Below are positions 39,779 to 49,356 of a stretch of 64,000 nt of DNA, in pieces. The DNA is taken from NCBI GenBank assembly GCA_027459725.1, contig DAIDHK010000006.1, positions 1,895 to 65,894 on the forward strand. Reading direction: 5' to 3'. Under the pieces are notes generated by a model. That model did no database searches and was not told where the DNA came from. It was given only the letters and a program-made list of their open reading frames with translations. How positions within the stretch are numbered: the stretch's first letter is position 1; every line of letters begins with the position of its first letter. Made by a program: the position numbers and the translations under genes. This DNA is from Candidatus Levyibacteriota bacterium. Its GTDB lineage: Bacteria; Patescibacteriota; Microgenomatia; Levybacterales; UBA12049.

Positions 39779-41323
39779 ATGATCAAACATGAAAAAATAT
39801 CTACTATAACAAGCGGACGAAAATTATTTTATATTTCTTTATGTCTCCTAATTGCAATTTCTATAGGAGTAAATTTAATTACTGTTACTGATCAGTCAAT
39901 TCGTTTAGATGAGTCACAATCATTATGGGCAGCTACCAAATCAGTAACTGGTATATTGAAATATATATCTCAAGATGTACAAGTTCCTTTATATGAATTG
40001 TTATTACATTTTTGGATACAAATCTTTGGAACCAATATTGTTATAGCACGAGGTCTTTCTTTTATTTTTTTTATTTTTACACTACCTGTTTTATACAAAG
40101 TTTACCGTCAGGTCGCGGGTAGGTCAGTCAGTTTATTAGGTGTAACTATTTTTTCTTTATCACCATTTATTCTTTGGTATAGTAACGAGGCACGTATGTA
40201 TACGATGTTTGCCTTAGCAACTAGTCTAGATCATTTGTTTTTCTTAAAGTTGTATAAATCAAAAGGCAAAAATGGCAAGCTAGGATATTTTCTCTCTACC
40301 TTATTTGGAATGTTCTCCCATTACTTCTTTATCTTCTTCTTGTTCACTCAATTTGTGTACGTCATCTTTAGTATTTTTTTAAATCGAAATACAGAAAGTT
40401 TTAAAGCCAAGATTGCTATTAGAAAAAAATTTTTAATTAGTTATATTACAATTTTATTTCTCGATGGTGTTTTTTTCCTTCCATGGGCAGTTTATTTCAT
40501 TTTCCGTGGTTTAGCGGGCAATACACAACCTTTAATACCTCCACCCACATCATATGATATTTTTGCAACATTTATAAATTTTCTTTTTGGCTTCCAGAGT
40601 ACTCAAGTTCAAACCTTGATGGTATCTTTATGGCCACTAATTGTCTTGGTTTTATTTTTTATTTTTACTCGTCGCAATTCGACTCATGTTTTATATAAAG
40701 GATATTTTATTTTGACCGCCTTTTTCCCGATACTTATGATTTTTTTGTTGTCTTTTTTTAAACCAATTTTCTTATCTAGATATCTTATCTTTGTAACTCC
40801 ATCATTATTTTTTATAGTTGCGTGGATTTTATTAAGCTATTCAAAAAAAACTTCCTATATTCTAATTACTATATTTTTAATGTTATTATTAGGCTTATTG
40901 TTTTTTCAAAATTTATCACCGTTTACTCCTGTCAAAGAGAATTATGTGGGAGTATCAGAGTTTCTTGATCAGAAGGCTACAGCATCTGATCTGATTGCTG
41001 TTAGTGCTCCATTTACAATTTATCCTGTTGCATATACTTACAAAGGGGAAGCAGGTATTGTGACTATCCCCAAATGGGATCTTTATAGTCATGGGGCAAT
41101 TCCTGCATTTTCAATAGCAAATTTAAAAACTGACTTGCAATCTTATAAGAAGGAGTATAATAATATTTTCATAGTTTTTTCATACAATCAAGGATACCAA
41201 CAGCAGATCCAGAATTATATGGATACACACTTCAAACGTTTAGTAGCAAAGACATTCTCTCCAGGTTTGGAAGTAGATGAATATCAGCTTAGATATGATC
41301 TATTATCCAATAATAAGCATTAG
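39779..41323 (+). CDS. GT-C fold glycosyltransferase (PMT/GT39-like)
   Basis: RLDESQS, PLYELLLHFW, ARGLS, YSNEARMY, RYL; multi-TM plus extracellular C-domain. Confidence 0.85.
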   Translation: MIKHEKISTITSGRKLFYISLCLLIAISIGVNLITVTDQSIRLDESQSLWAATKSVTGILKYISQDVQVPLYELLLHFWIQIFGTNIVIARGLSFIFFIFTLPVLYKVYRQVAGRSVSLLGVTIFSLSPFILWYSNEARMYTMFALATSLDHLFFLKLYKSKGKNGKLGYFLSTLFGMFSHYFFIFFLFTQFVYVIFSIFLNRNTESFKAKIAIRKKFLISYITILFLDGVFFLPWAVYFIFRGLAGNTQPLIPPPTSYDIFATFINFLFGFQSTQVQTLMVSLWPLIVLVLFFIFTRRNSTHVLYKGYFILTAFFPILMIFLLSFFKPIFLSRYLIFVTPSLFFIVAWILLSYSKKTSYILITIFLMLLLGLLFFQNLSPFTPVKENYVGVSEFLDQKATASDLIAVSAPFTIYPVAYTYKGEAGIVTIPKWDLYSHGAIPAFSIANLKTDLQSYKKEYNNIFIVFSYNQGYQQQIQNYMDTHFKRLVAKTFSPGLEVDEYQLRYDLLSNNKH

Positions 41324-41333
41324 GTATATGGAA

Positions 41334-42239
41334 TTATTCACTTTCTTCATTCTCTGAATTGTCGGAATTGCTGATATCTAATTGAGAATAATCTGCTTGC
41401 GGGATTTCACCCTCCATAATCACTGGTAGATTAGACCAGGAATGTTTTATTCTATGATCGGTCAAGCGGTCCTGGGGGAAATTATATGTTTTAATTTTTT
41501 CAGAACGCATACCTCTTCCTACCTGAGTTGACTTAAGGGAGGATATCTGTGAAGTCTGTTTTTCCATCTCCATTTCCCAGAGTTTTGCACGAAGCATTTG
41601 CATTGCTATCTCACGATTTTGTCCTTGAAAGCGTTCTGTACGACAGACTACAACGATTCCGGTTGGCTTATGTACCAAACGCACGGCAGTAGAAACTTTA
41701 TTAACATTCTGCCCTCCATGACCACCTGCCCGAAAAGCTTCAAAATCTATATCATCAGGATTAATATGTAGATCTATATCTTCAAGCTCAGGCAATATCG
41801 AAACAGTAGCGGTTGAGGTATGTACACGTCCACGTTTTTCAGTTTCTGGAACTCTTTGTACTCGGTGTACACCAGCTTCATATTTGAAGCTTTTAAATGC
41901 GTTGAATCCTATGATTTTTATTACACTTTCATCAAGAACCTCGATTTTAAACCCATTTATTTGAGCATAGCGAGAATACATCCTAAGCAATTCTTGTGCC
42001 CATAATTTAGCTTCATCACCACCTGCGGCGCCTTTTGTTTCCAGGATTACATTTCTTTCGTCCAAACCTTCATTAGGCTCTTCTGGTTTCATGGTCTCCA
42101 CAATAGCCTTTTTTTGTGCTTCCAAGTTGGCGATTTCTTCCTTAGCCATATCAGACAAAGAAGCATCTTCCAATAGTGGTATGGTCTCAGCTATTTTTTG
42201 CTCAAGTTCTTGAATTTGAATGTGTCGGTAGTCGGTCAT
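41334..42239 (-). CDS. prfA: Peptide chain release factor 1 (short N-domain)
   Basis: [21 protein letters not shown] (PxT), [21 protein letters not shown]. Confidence 0.93.
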   Translation of the reverse strand: MTDYRHIQIQELEQKIAETIPLLEDASLSDMAKEEIANLEAQKKAIVETMKPEEPNEGLDERNVILETKGAAGGDEAKLWAQELLRMYSRYAQINGFKIEVLDESVIKIIGFNAFKSFKYEAGVHRVQRVPETEKRGRVHTSTATVSILPELEDIDLHINPDDIDFEAFRAGGHGGQNVNKVSTAVRLVHKPTGIVVVCRTERFQGQNREIAMQMLRAKLWEMEMEKQTSQISSLKSTQVGRGMRSEKIKTYNFPQDRLTDHRIKHSWSNLPVIMEGEIPQADYSQLDISNSDNSENEESE

Positions 42240-42321
42240 ATTAGCTTCCTTTCATTGTAACGTCTAATTTTGTAGGAGCAATAGAGTTCCTTAAATAAAA
42301 CCAGACTACAACATGAAGTGG

Positions 42322-42621
42322 CTACTTTAATGCCTGAAGCATCTCCCGAAGAGTCTTGGGGCCTTCTTGCTGTTTGCGTTTTTCTTCTTTCTTTTTGGTT
42401 ACTTGAACTTTGTGAGCTTGAGCCTGATCACGTTTCTCCTGGAATCTGCTTATTCTAGAACCAGTATCCACAAAACGATCCTGCCCAGTATAGAAAGGAT
42501 GACACTTATAACATAATTCTACATGGATGACATCTTTGGTTGATCCCACTGTGAATTTGTTCCCGCAAACGCATATGACTTGTGCTTGATGGTTATATTT
42601 TGGGTGGATAGTAGCTTTCAT
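42322..42621 (-). CDS. rpmE: 50S ribosomal protein L31
   Basis: MKATIHPKY, CVCGN, CYKCHPFYTG. Confidence 0.96.
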   Translation of the reverse strand: MKATIHPKYNHQAQVICVCGNKFTVGSTKDVIHVELCYKCHPFYTGQDRFVDTGSRISRFQEKRDQAQAHKVQVTKKKEEKRKQQEGPKTLREMLQALK

Positions 42622-42666
42622 AGTCCTCATATTATAGCCTAGATCACTGTTATTGGCAAGTTGGCG

Positions 42667-42958
42667 CATTACCTCACTGAAAATCTTGGTTTACTCTATT
42701 CGTTACCTCAAATAATATTCTTGGTGAAATATAGTCCATAATACTACAGATCGGGAAGGTGTGAAACCATGAATTTGAGAATAAAACATGTATTGATATG
42801 TCAAATGGCATCAATATACAAAAAAACTTTGCGAAAACTATATTTAACATTATATCCCGTAAATGTTCTTCGAGAGATATAAAATATTACTGATCAATTA
42901 AACTCTATTTAGGAAATTTTCTGCTCAAAATTATACTACGATTTTCAATGAGGTAACG
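42667..42958. mobile_element. Candidate MITE/IS remnant bounded by imperfect 28-bp inverted repeats
   Basis: CATTACCTCACTGAAAATCTTGGTTTAC (42667-42694) vs reverse complement of 42931-42958 CGTTACCTCATTGAAAATCGTAGTATAA; extra CGTTACCTCA at 42701. Confidence 0.5.
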
Positions 42959-43133
42959 AGTAATGTTATACTAAGATTCTTGCTTGAAATATGCGGTTGG
43001 GTGAAACTTGTACAGAGACTAAGGCGTGGTTATATTGCTATCATGATTCGGTATAATAATTTAGTAAAAATGGTAAGAGAAAGGTAAGTTTTATTGACAA
43101 AATATTATTTTTTAGATATGTTGTTCACAACAC

Positions 43134-43622
43134 ATGGTAAAAGTTGAAACACTTTTTACTCACCCGTCTGTACCTCTCCCATCGATGGAAAATAGATTGA
43201 GTGAGATTTATCGAGAACTACATTTACAAGTCAGGATAAATCAAACATCTAGAGTAGGTGAACAAGGGAAGATAGTAAAGACACGTCTACCATTTTCCGC
43301 AACTAATTTTTTTCTAACATATGGAATTGAAGAAAGTTTCTACCCTCAATCTGAAACTTTTCAAGCAATGACGGTTATTTTACTTTGTGAACTGTCTCGC
43401 AAGCTTCCTTTAGCTTCAAGAATGTTCATAGAAGGAAGAGCTAGAGGAAGAACACCCAGTAAACTGTATGATTTCCTCACAATTTCTCCAAGGGAACAAA
43501 AGACTTATTTAAAGGAATGTTTTCCTGCACAAGTAAGTGATCCTGCATTTATTGAAGATGCCAATATGCTAAAGCGAGCTGTCTCTAAAATTAGTAATCC
43601 ACTTGGTAGTAAAAATAGATGA
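43134..43622 (+). CDS. Hypothetical protein
   Basis: 162-aa ORF preceded by a TTGACA...TATGTT promoter-like sequence. Confidence 0.6.
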   Translation: MVKVETLFTHPSVPLPSMENRLSEIYRELHLQVRINQTSRVGEQGKIVKTRLPFSATNFFLTYGIEESFYPQSETFQAMTVILLCELSRKLPLASRMFIEGRARGRTPSKLYDFLTISPREQKTYLKECFPAQVSDPAFIEDANMLKRAVSKISNPLGSKNR

Positions 43623-43627
43623 GTAAT

Positions 43628-44869
43628 TTATTTTAATATTTCAATTACCTCATCGATTGAAAGTGTTTTTTGTTCACGTGACTGTAAATTTTTCAATATT
43701 AATACATTTCTTTCAATCTCATCAGGTCCCTGAATGATTACAAAAGGGATATTTTTTTGATCTGCATATTTTAGCTGCTTCTCCATTTTTGCATTACTAT
43801 CTGAATAAAGTTCACATAGAATGTTCTCCTCTCTCAATTTAGCAAAAGTAGCAACTGCATTATCCTCTGAGTCCATATTGAAGATACTGATAAGAACCTT
43901 AGTATTTTGTAAATTAGTGGGGAAAAGATTATTTTCTTCCATAGCATCCAATAAACGGTCGAATCCTAGCGCAAAACCTACTGCAGGGATCTGTCGAGTT
44001 GCAAACATTCCGATTAAATTATTATATCTTCCACCTCCTGCTACCGAACCTGCAGTATAACCTTCTATTTCTATTTCAAAAATTAGACCTGTATAATAAT
44101 CTAAACCACGCGCTAATGTGGGAAAAAATATAAATTGCTCAGACTTTAGTCCCATTCTTTTTAAAAGATGAAATATAGTTTTTAAGCGCATTGTCGGTTG
44201 TTGATTTTGCATGGATTTTAGGATAAGTTCTGCTTTACTTTTTTCAAGGCCATTGCTGATCATTTCTTCAATCACTTTTTCTTGACCAATTTTTTTTAAT
44301 TTATCAATTGCACGAATAATTATAGGTAATTGACTGTCTTCAATCTTTAATTGTTCATTAGTAGCCAATTCATTAAAAATATTCCGATCGTTAATGAGGA
44401 TTTTGAAGTTGGGGAAGCCAAGAGCCTCAACGGCCTTACCTGCTGCAACTATAGTTTCAGCATCTGATAGGGGAGTATCTACCCCAACAATATCACAATC
44501 GCATTGAAGAAATTCTCGAAATCTACCTTTTTGAGTGTTTTCTGCTCGCCAAACTTGTTGGATTTGATACCTTTTAAAGGGCATCACTAGTTTTTCACCA
44601 TATTGTGCAACCACGCGCGATAGGGGTACAGTTTGATCGTAGCGCATAGCAACACGACGATCACCATTATCAGTAAAACGGTACATTAGTTTATCACCTT
44701 CTGCTCCATATTTTCCCATTAACAGCTCTTCATATTCGAGAGCGGGTGTTTCTAATGGTTCAAAGCCAAAAGAAGAAAAAGCAGTTCTAATTTTGTTGAT
44801 CATGTATTGTCTTTTTCTGGATTCTACAGGCAAAAAGTCTCTAAATCCTTTTAAATTATGAACATTCAT
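43628..44869 (-). CDS. hisS: Histidine--tRNA ligase
   Basis: KGFRDF, RYDQTVP, GRFREFLQCD, RGLDYYTG, GGGRY. Confidence 0.97.
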   Translation of the reverse strand: MNVHNLKGFRDFLPVESRKRQYMINKIRTAFSSFGFEPLETPALEYEELLMGKYGAEGDKLMYRFTDNGDRRVAMRYDQTVPLSRVVAQYGEKLVMPFKRYQIQQVWRAENTQKGRFREFLQCDCDIVGVDTPLSDAETIVAAGKAVEALGFPNFKILINDRNIFNELATNEQLKIEDSQLPIIIRAIDKLKKIGQEKVIEEMISNGLEKSKAELILKSMQNQQPTMRLKTIFHLLKRMGLKSEQFIFFPTLARGLDYYTGLIFEIEIEGYTAGSVAGGGRYNNLIGMFATRQIPAVGFALGFDRLLDAMEENNLFPTNLQNTKVLISIFNMDSEDNAVATFAKLREENILCELYSDSNAKMEKQLKYADQKNIPFVIIQGPDEIERNVLILKNLQSREQKTLSIDEVIEILK

Positions 44870-44933
44870 AATTGCATTTTAGCACATAGAGAATATGTTT
44901 ACATTTAAGTAACATAAAATTCTTTGAAATTTT

Positions 44934-45701
44934 CTACTTAATCGGTTTGGAAGTTATAGTTGCCGAAGGTCCGGCAGTAGGTGAAACAGATAAACTAATA
45001 GCAGGGTCTTTAGGTGCCCCATCGAATTGTAAAATTCGGTTAGCAATTGTCATTGTTTTATCCGTTTTACTAGGATAACCATATATTATCACCCGATCAC
45101 CTTCCGATAACTTAGAAAAACCTGATCTAACAAAATTAGCTCCCAGAGCGGAAGAGTATGTTTTTGTAAAAGCTTCGACGTCGATTTTGTGCTGAGTATT
45201 TCCGCTCACTGCAAGCATAAACGTTCCATTTACTCGATCAATTGAGGCTATTTCACCAGTCAAATATGTCGGCATTGCGTAGATATTGATATATCTGGCA
45301 AGTAAATGCTCCGAATCTTTATTCCACAATCCTAGGGCAGTTATTACAGCTCCTTTGGGTAAGTCGGAAATACCTATCGTATTTCCGTTGAGATCATAGA
45401 ATTTAGTAATCTCATCTGCATCGATGAATCTGGTGTTATTTTGTAGGTCGTTAATAGTTATTGAGGTACTTCCAATGCTTACTATTGTGCCCATAATTCC
45501 ACGTTTTTCGACCAAATTCATCTGCGAAACTTCTTTTTTGATTTTATTTAAAATTGCTTGTTCATTAGCAGGGGTAGTAGGACTTACAGAGGCACTGGAA
45601 GAAGCATTTGATTGAGCCTCTATTGTGGATGGAACAATAAATGACATCAGACCGATTAGGACAAATAATATAGCAAAATATATTTTAATGTTAATTTTCA
45701 T
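44934..45701 (-). CDS. Secreted protein with tandem DUF5666-like domains
   Basis: Signal peptide; two G.I.SI...DL..GD.V repeats. Confidence 0.7.
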   Translation of the reverse strand: MKINIKIYFAILFVLIGLMSFIVPSTIEAQSNASSSASVSPTTPANEQAILNKIKKEVSQMNLVEKRGIMGTIVSIGSTSITINDLQNNTRFIDADEITKFYDLNGNTIGISDLPKGAVITALGLWNKDSEHLLARYINIYAMPTYLTGEIASIDRVNGTFMLAVSGNTQHKIDVEAFTKTYSSALGANFVRSGFSKLSEGDRVIIYGYPSKTDKTMTIANRILQFDGAPKDPAISLSVSPTAGPSATITSKPIK

Positions 45702-45704
45702 AGT

Positions 45705-46145
45705 TTAAAATTGTTGAGTTGAATAGGTCAGAGTTCTGACCATTGTTTGCTCAGTCCCATCAGGGAAAATCGCTGTAATATATAAAGGATTGGTATCATT
45801 GTCAATAGTCGTACTCAAAGAATATGTTCCATCATTCGCAGCTACTCCTACCTGATCACTACTGGTAGTTGAAACAACAATAATACTTCCCTTAGTTGCT
45901 TTCCCACTAACAGTTATGGCATGGGTAGTAAGGACGCTTTCATCAGTTGGCTCGGTAATTGTAAAAAAATCACCTTTGGGAGCTGAGGTGGGTGAAGGAA
46001 TAAGTGTAGGTTTTACTGTGATTATTTGTACTGCTGGTTTAGGAGCAGATTTGAAATAGTGATCATAAACATAAAAAGTACCTCCAGCGACCATCAGACC
46101 AACCAAAACAGCAATAAAAGATAATATGACACGTTCAGCTTTCAT
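45705..46145 (-). CDS. Membrane-anchored Ig-like domain protein
   Basis: TM, PT linker, ITEPTDES...ITVSGKA...DGTYS. Confidence 0.7.
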   Translation of the reverse strand: MKAERVILSFIAVLVGLMVAGGTFYVYDHYFKSAPKPAVQIITVKPTLIPSPTSAPKGDFFTITEPTDESVLTTHAITVSGKATKGSIIVVSTTSSDQVGVAANDGTYSLSTTIDNDTNPLYITAIFPDGTEQTMVRTLTYSTQQF

Positions 46146-46229
46146 AAGTAGTAACAATACGGGTGATCAGATAATACGTTATCAGACATATCTTGTCAAG
46201 AAACATAAATGTGTGTTAGTATGGTGCAG

Positions 46230-46742
46230 ATGGAAATAACATCATTAGCAAAAAACTCATTGAAAATTAAAGGTAAACAGACATCAGTAGTCGTAAATCC
46301 ACTGGATAAATCTGTAACGTTTGAGGCTGCTGTGGTTTTTGATAGTCCCAAATCATTATTAAAACTTAAGTCTGATATCTTGACCATTGATGGGCCGGGT
46401 GAATACGAAATTGGTGGATTGAAAATAACTGGTGTTAGATATGAGGATTCAGTTTCATATACTTTCATAGTCGATGATGTGCGTATAGTTTTGGTTGATA
46501 ATAAAACGTTGGCAAAATTTCATTCCAAGCTTCCTGATGTAAATTTGGTTATAGTAATGGTTTCTTCAGAAGATGATTTATCTAGTGCTACTAATGTTGC
46601 TGGGTCAGCTGTTTTGTATATGGGTGACAAATCTGATGAAGTTGTAAATAAATCTATTAAAGAAGGTGTAACCAAAACTAGTAAGTATACAGTTACCAAA
46701 GATAAATTGCCGACAGAAGTACAACAGCTATTGTTAGTTTAA
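46230..46742 (+). CDS. Degenerate metallo-beta-lactamase-fold protein
   Basis: SLKIKGK..SVVVNP, IDGPGEYEIGG; no HxHxDH motif. Confidence 0.65.
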   Translation: MEITSLAKNSLKIKGKQTSVVVNPLDKSVTFEAAVVFDSPKSLLKLKSDILTIDGPGEYEIGGLKITGVRYEDSVSYTFIVDDVRIVLVDNKTLAKFHSKLPDVNLVIVMVSSEDDLSSATNVAGSAVLYMGDKSDEVVNKSIKEGVTKTSKYTVTKDKLPTEVQQLLLV

Positions 46743-46831
46743 CGATATAAATTTAAACAGAGGTATAAGCTGAGAGGGTAAGGTCTAAGAAAATTCTCTT
46801 ATTGCAAACTACTTATGTCTTTTACTTATCT

Positions 46832-48157
46832 ATGTCCACTATTAAAGTTCCTCCACATAATGAAGAAGCAGAACAGAGTGTTTTAGGTGCAATTCTGATA
46901 GATAAAGAGGCAATTTCAGTGGTCTCGGGAATTCTCAGACCTGAACATTTTTATAGCGATCTTCATGCTTTAATTTATATAGCCATGTTGGATATTCATG
47001 AGGAGAGAAAGCCAATAGACGTTCTGACAGTTTCGGCACAGATAAAAAAACATGATAAAAATAAAACAGTTAGAAGTTCATACCTTAATGAGCTGGTCAA
47101 TGCAGTTCCTACTGCTGCCAATGTTGAAGAATACTCTCATTTGGTGAAAGATTTAGCTACAAAAAGAGCTCTAATTCACGCAGCATCAGAAATAGCCGAA
47201 TTAGGTTTTGAAGAAGATAAGGAGGTAAAAGATTTGCTTGATCGGGCAGAGTCGAGCATTTTTACTATCTCTCAAAGCAGTATCAAAAGAGATTTTATTG
47301 CCATTAAGGATACTTTGACAGAAAGTTTTGATCGTTTGGATGAATTACATCGTTTAGGAGAGGGATTAAGAGGAACAAAAACGGGCTTTTCTGATTTAGA
47401 TCGTATTTTATCAGGTATGCAAAAATCCAATCTGCTCATATTAGCAGCTCGACCTGGACAAGGGAAAACAGCACTGGTAGTGAACATAGCTCAGTTTATA
47501 GGTGTGATGGAAAAAAAAGCCGTGGCAATTTTCTCTTTGGAAATGAGTAAAGAAGAACTGGTTGATCGTTTAATGGTTGGTCAGGCAGATATCGATGCTT
47601 GGAAACAAAAAACTGGACGTTTGAATGAGGAAGACTGGACAAAACTATCGAACGCAATGGGTGAACTTGCCGAGGCACCTATTTTTATCGATGATACCCC
47701 TGGTATTTCTATTGCCGAGATGCGTAGTAAGGCGCGTAGGTTACAACTGGAGCATAAAGATTTAAGTTTGATAATCGTGGACTATTTACAGTTGGTGGAT
47801 CCTGGACAAAAATTTGAAGGACGTGTACAGGAAGTAGCCCATATCTCAAAGTCATTGAAAAATCTAGCTCGTGAGCTAAATGTGCCAGTTTTGGCTGCAT
47901 CACAGTTATCTCGTGCAGTTGAGCAGAGGACTGATCGTAAACCTCAATTAGCCGATTTACGCGAATCAGGCACAATTGAGCAGGATGCAGATGTGGTTAT
48001 GTTCATTTATCGGCCCGACATAGAAGGTAATCCCATTAACATTCCTACTAAATTATTGATAGCTAAACATCGCAATGGAGCTACTGGAGAAATTGATTTA
48101 TTGTTCCGGGGTGATCGTATCAAGTTCTACAGTGTTGAGAGACAGCAACAGGTATAA
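46832..48157 (+). CDS. dnaB: Replicative DNA helicase
   Basis: PPHNEEAEQSVLG, AARPGQGKT, VDYLQL, SQLSR, DLRESGTIEQDAD, AKHRNG. Confidence 0.98.
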   Translation: MSTIKVPPHNEEAEQSVLGAILIDKEAISVVSGILRPEHFYSDLHALIYIAMLDIHEERKPIDVLTVSAQIKKHDKNKTVRSSYLNELVNAVPTAANVEEYSHLVKDLATKRALIHAASEIAELGFEEDKEVKDLLDRAESSIFTISQSSIKRDFIAIKDTLTESFDRLDELHRLGEGLRGTKTGFSDLDRILSGMQKSNLLILAARPGQGKTALVVNIAQFIGVMEKKAVAIFSLEMSKEELVDRLMVGQADIDAWKQKTGRLNEEDWTKLSNAMGELAEAPIFIDDTPGISIAEMRSKARRLQLEHKDLSLIIVDYLQLVDPGQKFEGRVQEVAHISKSLKNLARELNVPVLAASQLSRAVEQRTDRKPQLADLRESGTIEQDADVVMFIYRPDIEGNPINIPTKLLIAKHRNGATGEIDLLFRGDRIKFYSVERQQQV

Positions 48158-48213
48158 CAGCAGTTTTCCGCATTTAGCATTTTTGTCATTGTTGTCACCT
48201 TCATGTCAGGGAA

Positions 48214-48230
48214 ATTACAGTAACTGTAAT
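48214..48230. promoter_or_regulatory. Perfect 8-1-8 palindrome ATTACAGT-A-ACTGTAAT
   Basis: Lies between the dnaB stop and the kinase start; operator-like. Confidence 0.5.
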
Positions 48231-48287
48231 AAAAATGTCTATTTAAGGTCAAGTAAATTAATTATTTTTATTACAAAATACCTTTGC

Positions 48288-49349
48288 ATGATAGAAGGTA
48301 AAATTACACCCACACAAGTTGCAACCTTAGCTGCTCAAGATCATAGAGTCGGCTTATCATTTAATAATAAATTATATGGTGGAGTTAGTGGTGATGTAGT
48401 ACACGAAGGCTACTTACAACATTCTTTATCTCATGACAGACAAAAAGTAGTAATAAAAGTAGGCCCTGGAGTGGGAAATCGAGAAGTAACAGCGGCTAGG
48501 CGTATACATGCTCAAGCTCCTTCATTTCCTTTGATACAAGATTTACTTTCAGGATATGATTATGTAGTATATCCTTATTTATCAGGCGATACAATTGACC
48601 AAAGAGTAAGGGCAGGAGTTCCTGAATCAACAGAGGAATTCAGTATATTTGCCAGATTACACGCTCAGCTTTGGGAACAAACGCAAAAAGATGGAATATC
48701 AGTTTTAGATGGTTATCCTAAGAAATTGGAACAGACCAAAGAAATTCTATATAAGCTTGCGCTCAAGGATAATGATGGCAAAGAAATACCCGTTGCTGAT
48801 ATTGCTCATAGAGACTGGAGAGTAAATGGTAGGTCTATAGGTAGGTTAGAAGATGTGATTGATACGACTTCGGCAAATATTAGAAAGTCAGGTATGGGTG
48901 TTTTGACTCATGGTGATGAAGGAGCAGGGAATGCAATAAAAGAAAAAAATAGTGGAGACATAATTTTTATTGATCATGGATCGGCAGGGGTCAGGGCACC
49001 AGAAGAAGCAATTGCAAAAATTCTCTTGTGGTTTGATGCGACTAATGTCAATGGTAGGGGATATTCATTAAATTTGAATCCAAAAGGGGTAGAATTGCAA
49101 ACCAAAGAACAAACCAAACCGCATATTCACAGATCTGTTGCAGCAGCACAAACAGCATTGCAACCCTATCTCAAAGACCTTTCTTCTGATTCAGCGATTT
49201 CATCTTATATGATGGTTTATCTTTGGAGAGAGTTGCACTGGCTGGAGCGAAGAGGAAGGCAGGATGCGATGCCGTATTTACTAGCAAAATCTTTATCATT
49301 TGCGCCTGAGTTGCAGACTTCAGGTAGAGGACGTAGCAGCTATATTTAG
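48288..49349 (+). CDS. APH/protein-kinase-like phosphotransferase
   Basis: VVIKV, RE, HGDEGAGN (Brenner-like), FIDHG; start reassigned to ATG 48288. Confidence 0.75.
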   Translation: MIEGKITPTQVATLAAQDHRVGLSFNNKLYGGVSGDVVHEGYLQHSLSHDRQKVVIKVGPGVGNREVTAARRIHAQAPSFPLIQDLLSGYDYVVYPYLSGDTIDQRVRAGVPESTEEFSIFARLHAQLWEQTQKDGISVLDGYPKKLEQTKEILYKLALKDNDGKEIPVADIAHRDWRVNGRSIGRLEDVIDTTSANIRKSGMGVLTHGDEGAGNAIKEKNSGDIIFIDHGSAGVRAPEEAIAKILLWFDATNVNGRGYSLNLNPKGVELQTKEQTKPHIHRSVAAAQTALQPYLKDLSSDSAISSYMMVYLWRELHWLERRGRQDAMPYLLAKSLSFAPELQTSGRGRSSYI

Positions 49350-49356
49350 TGAGATT

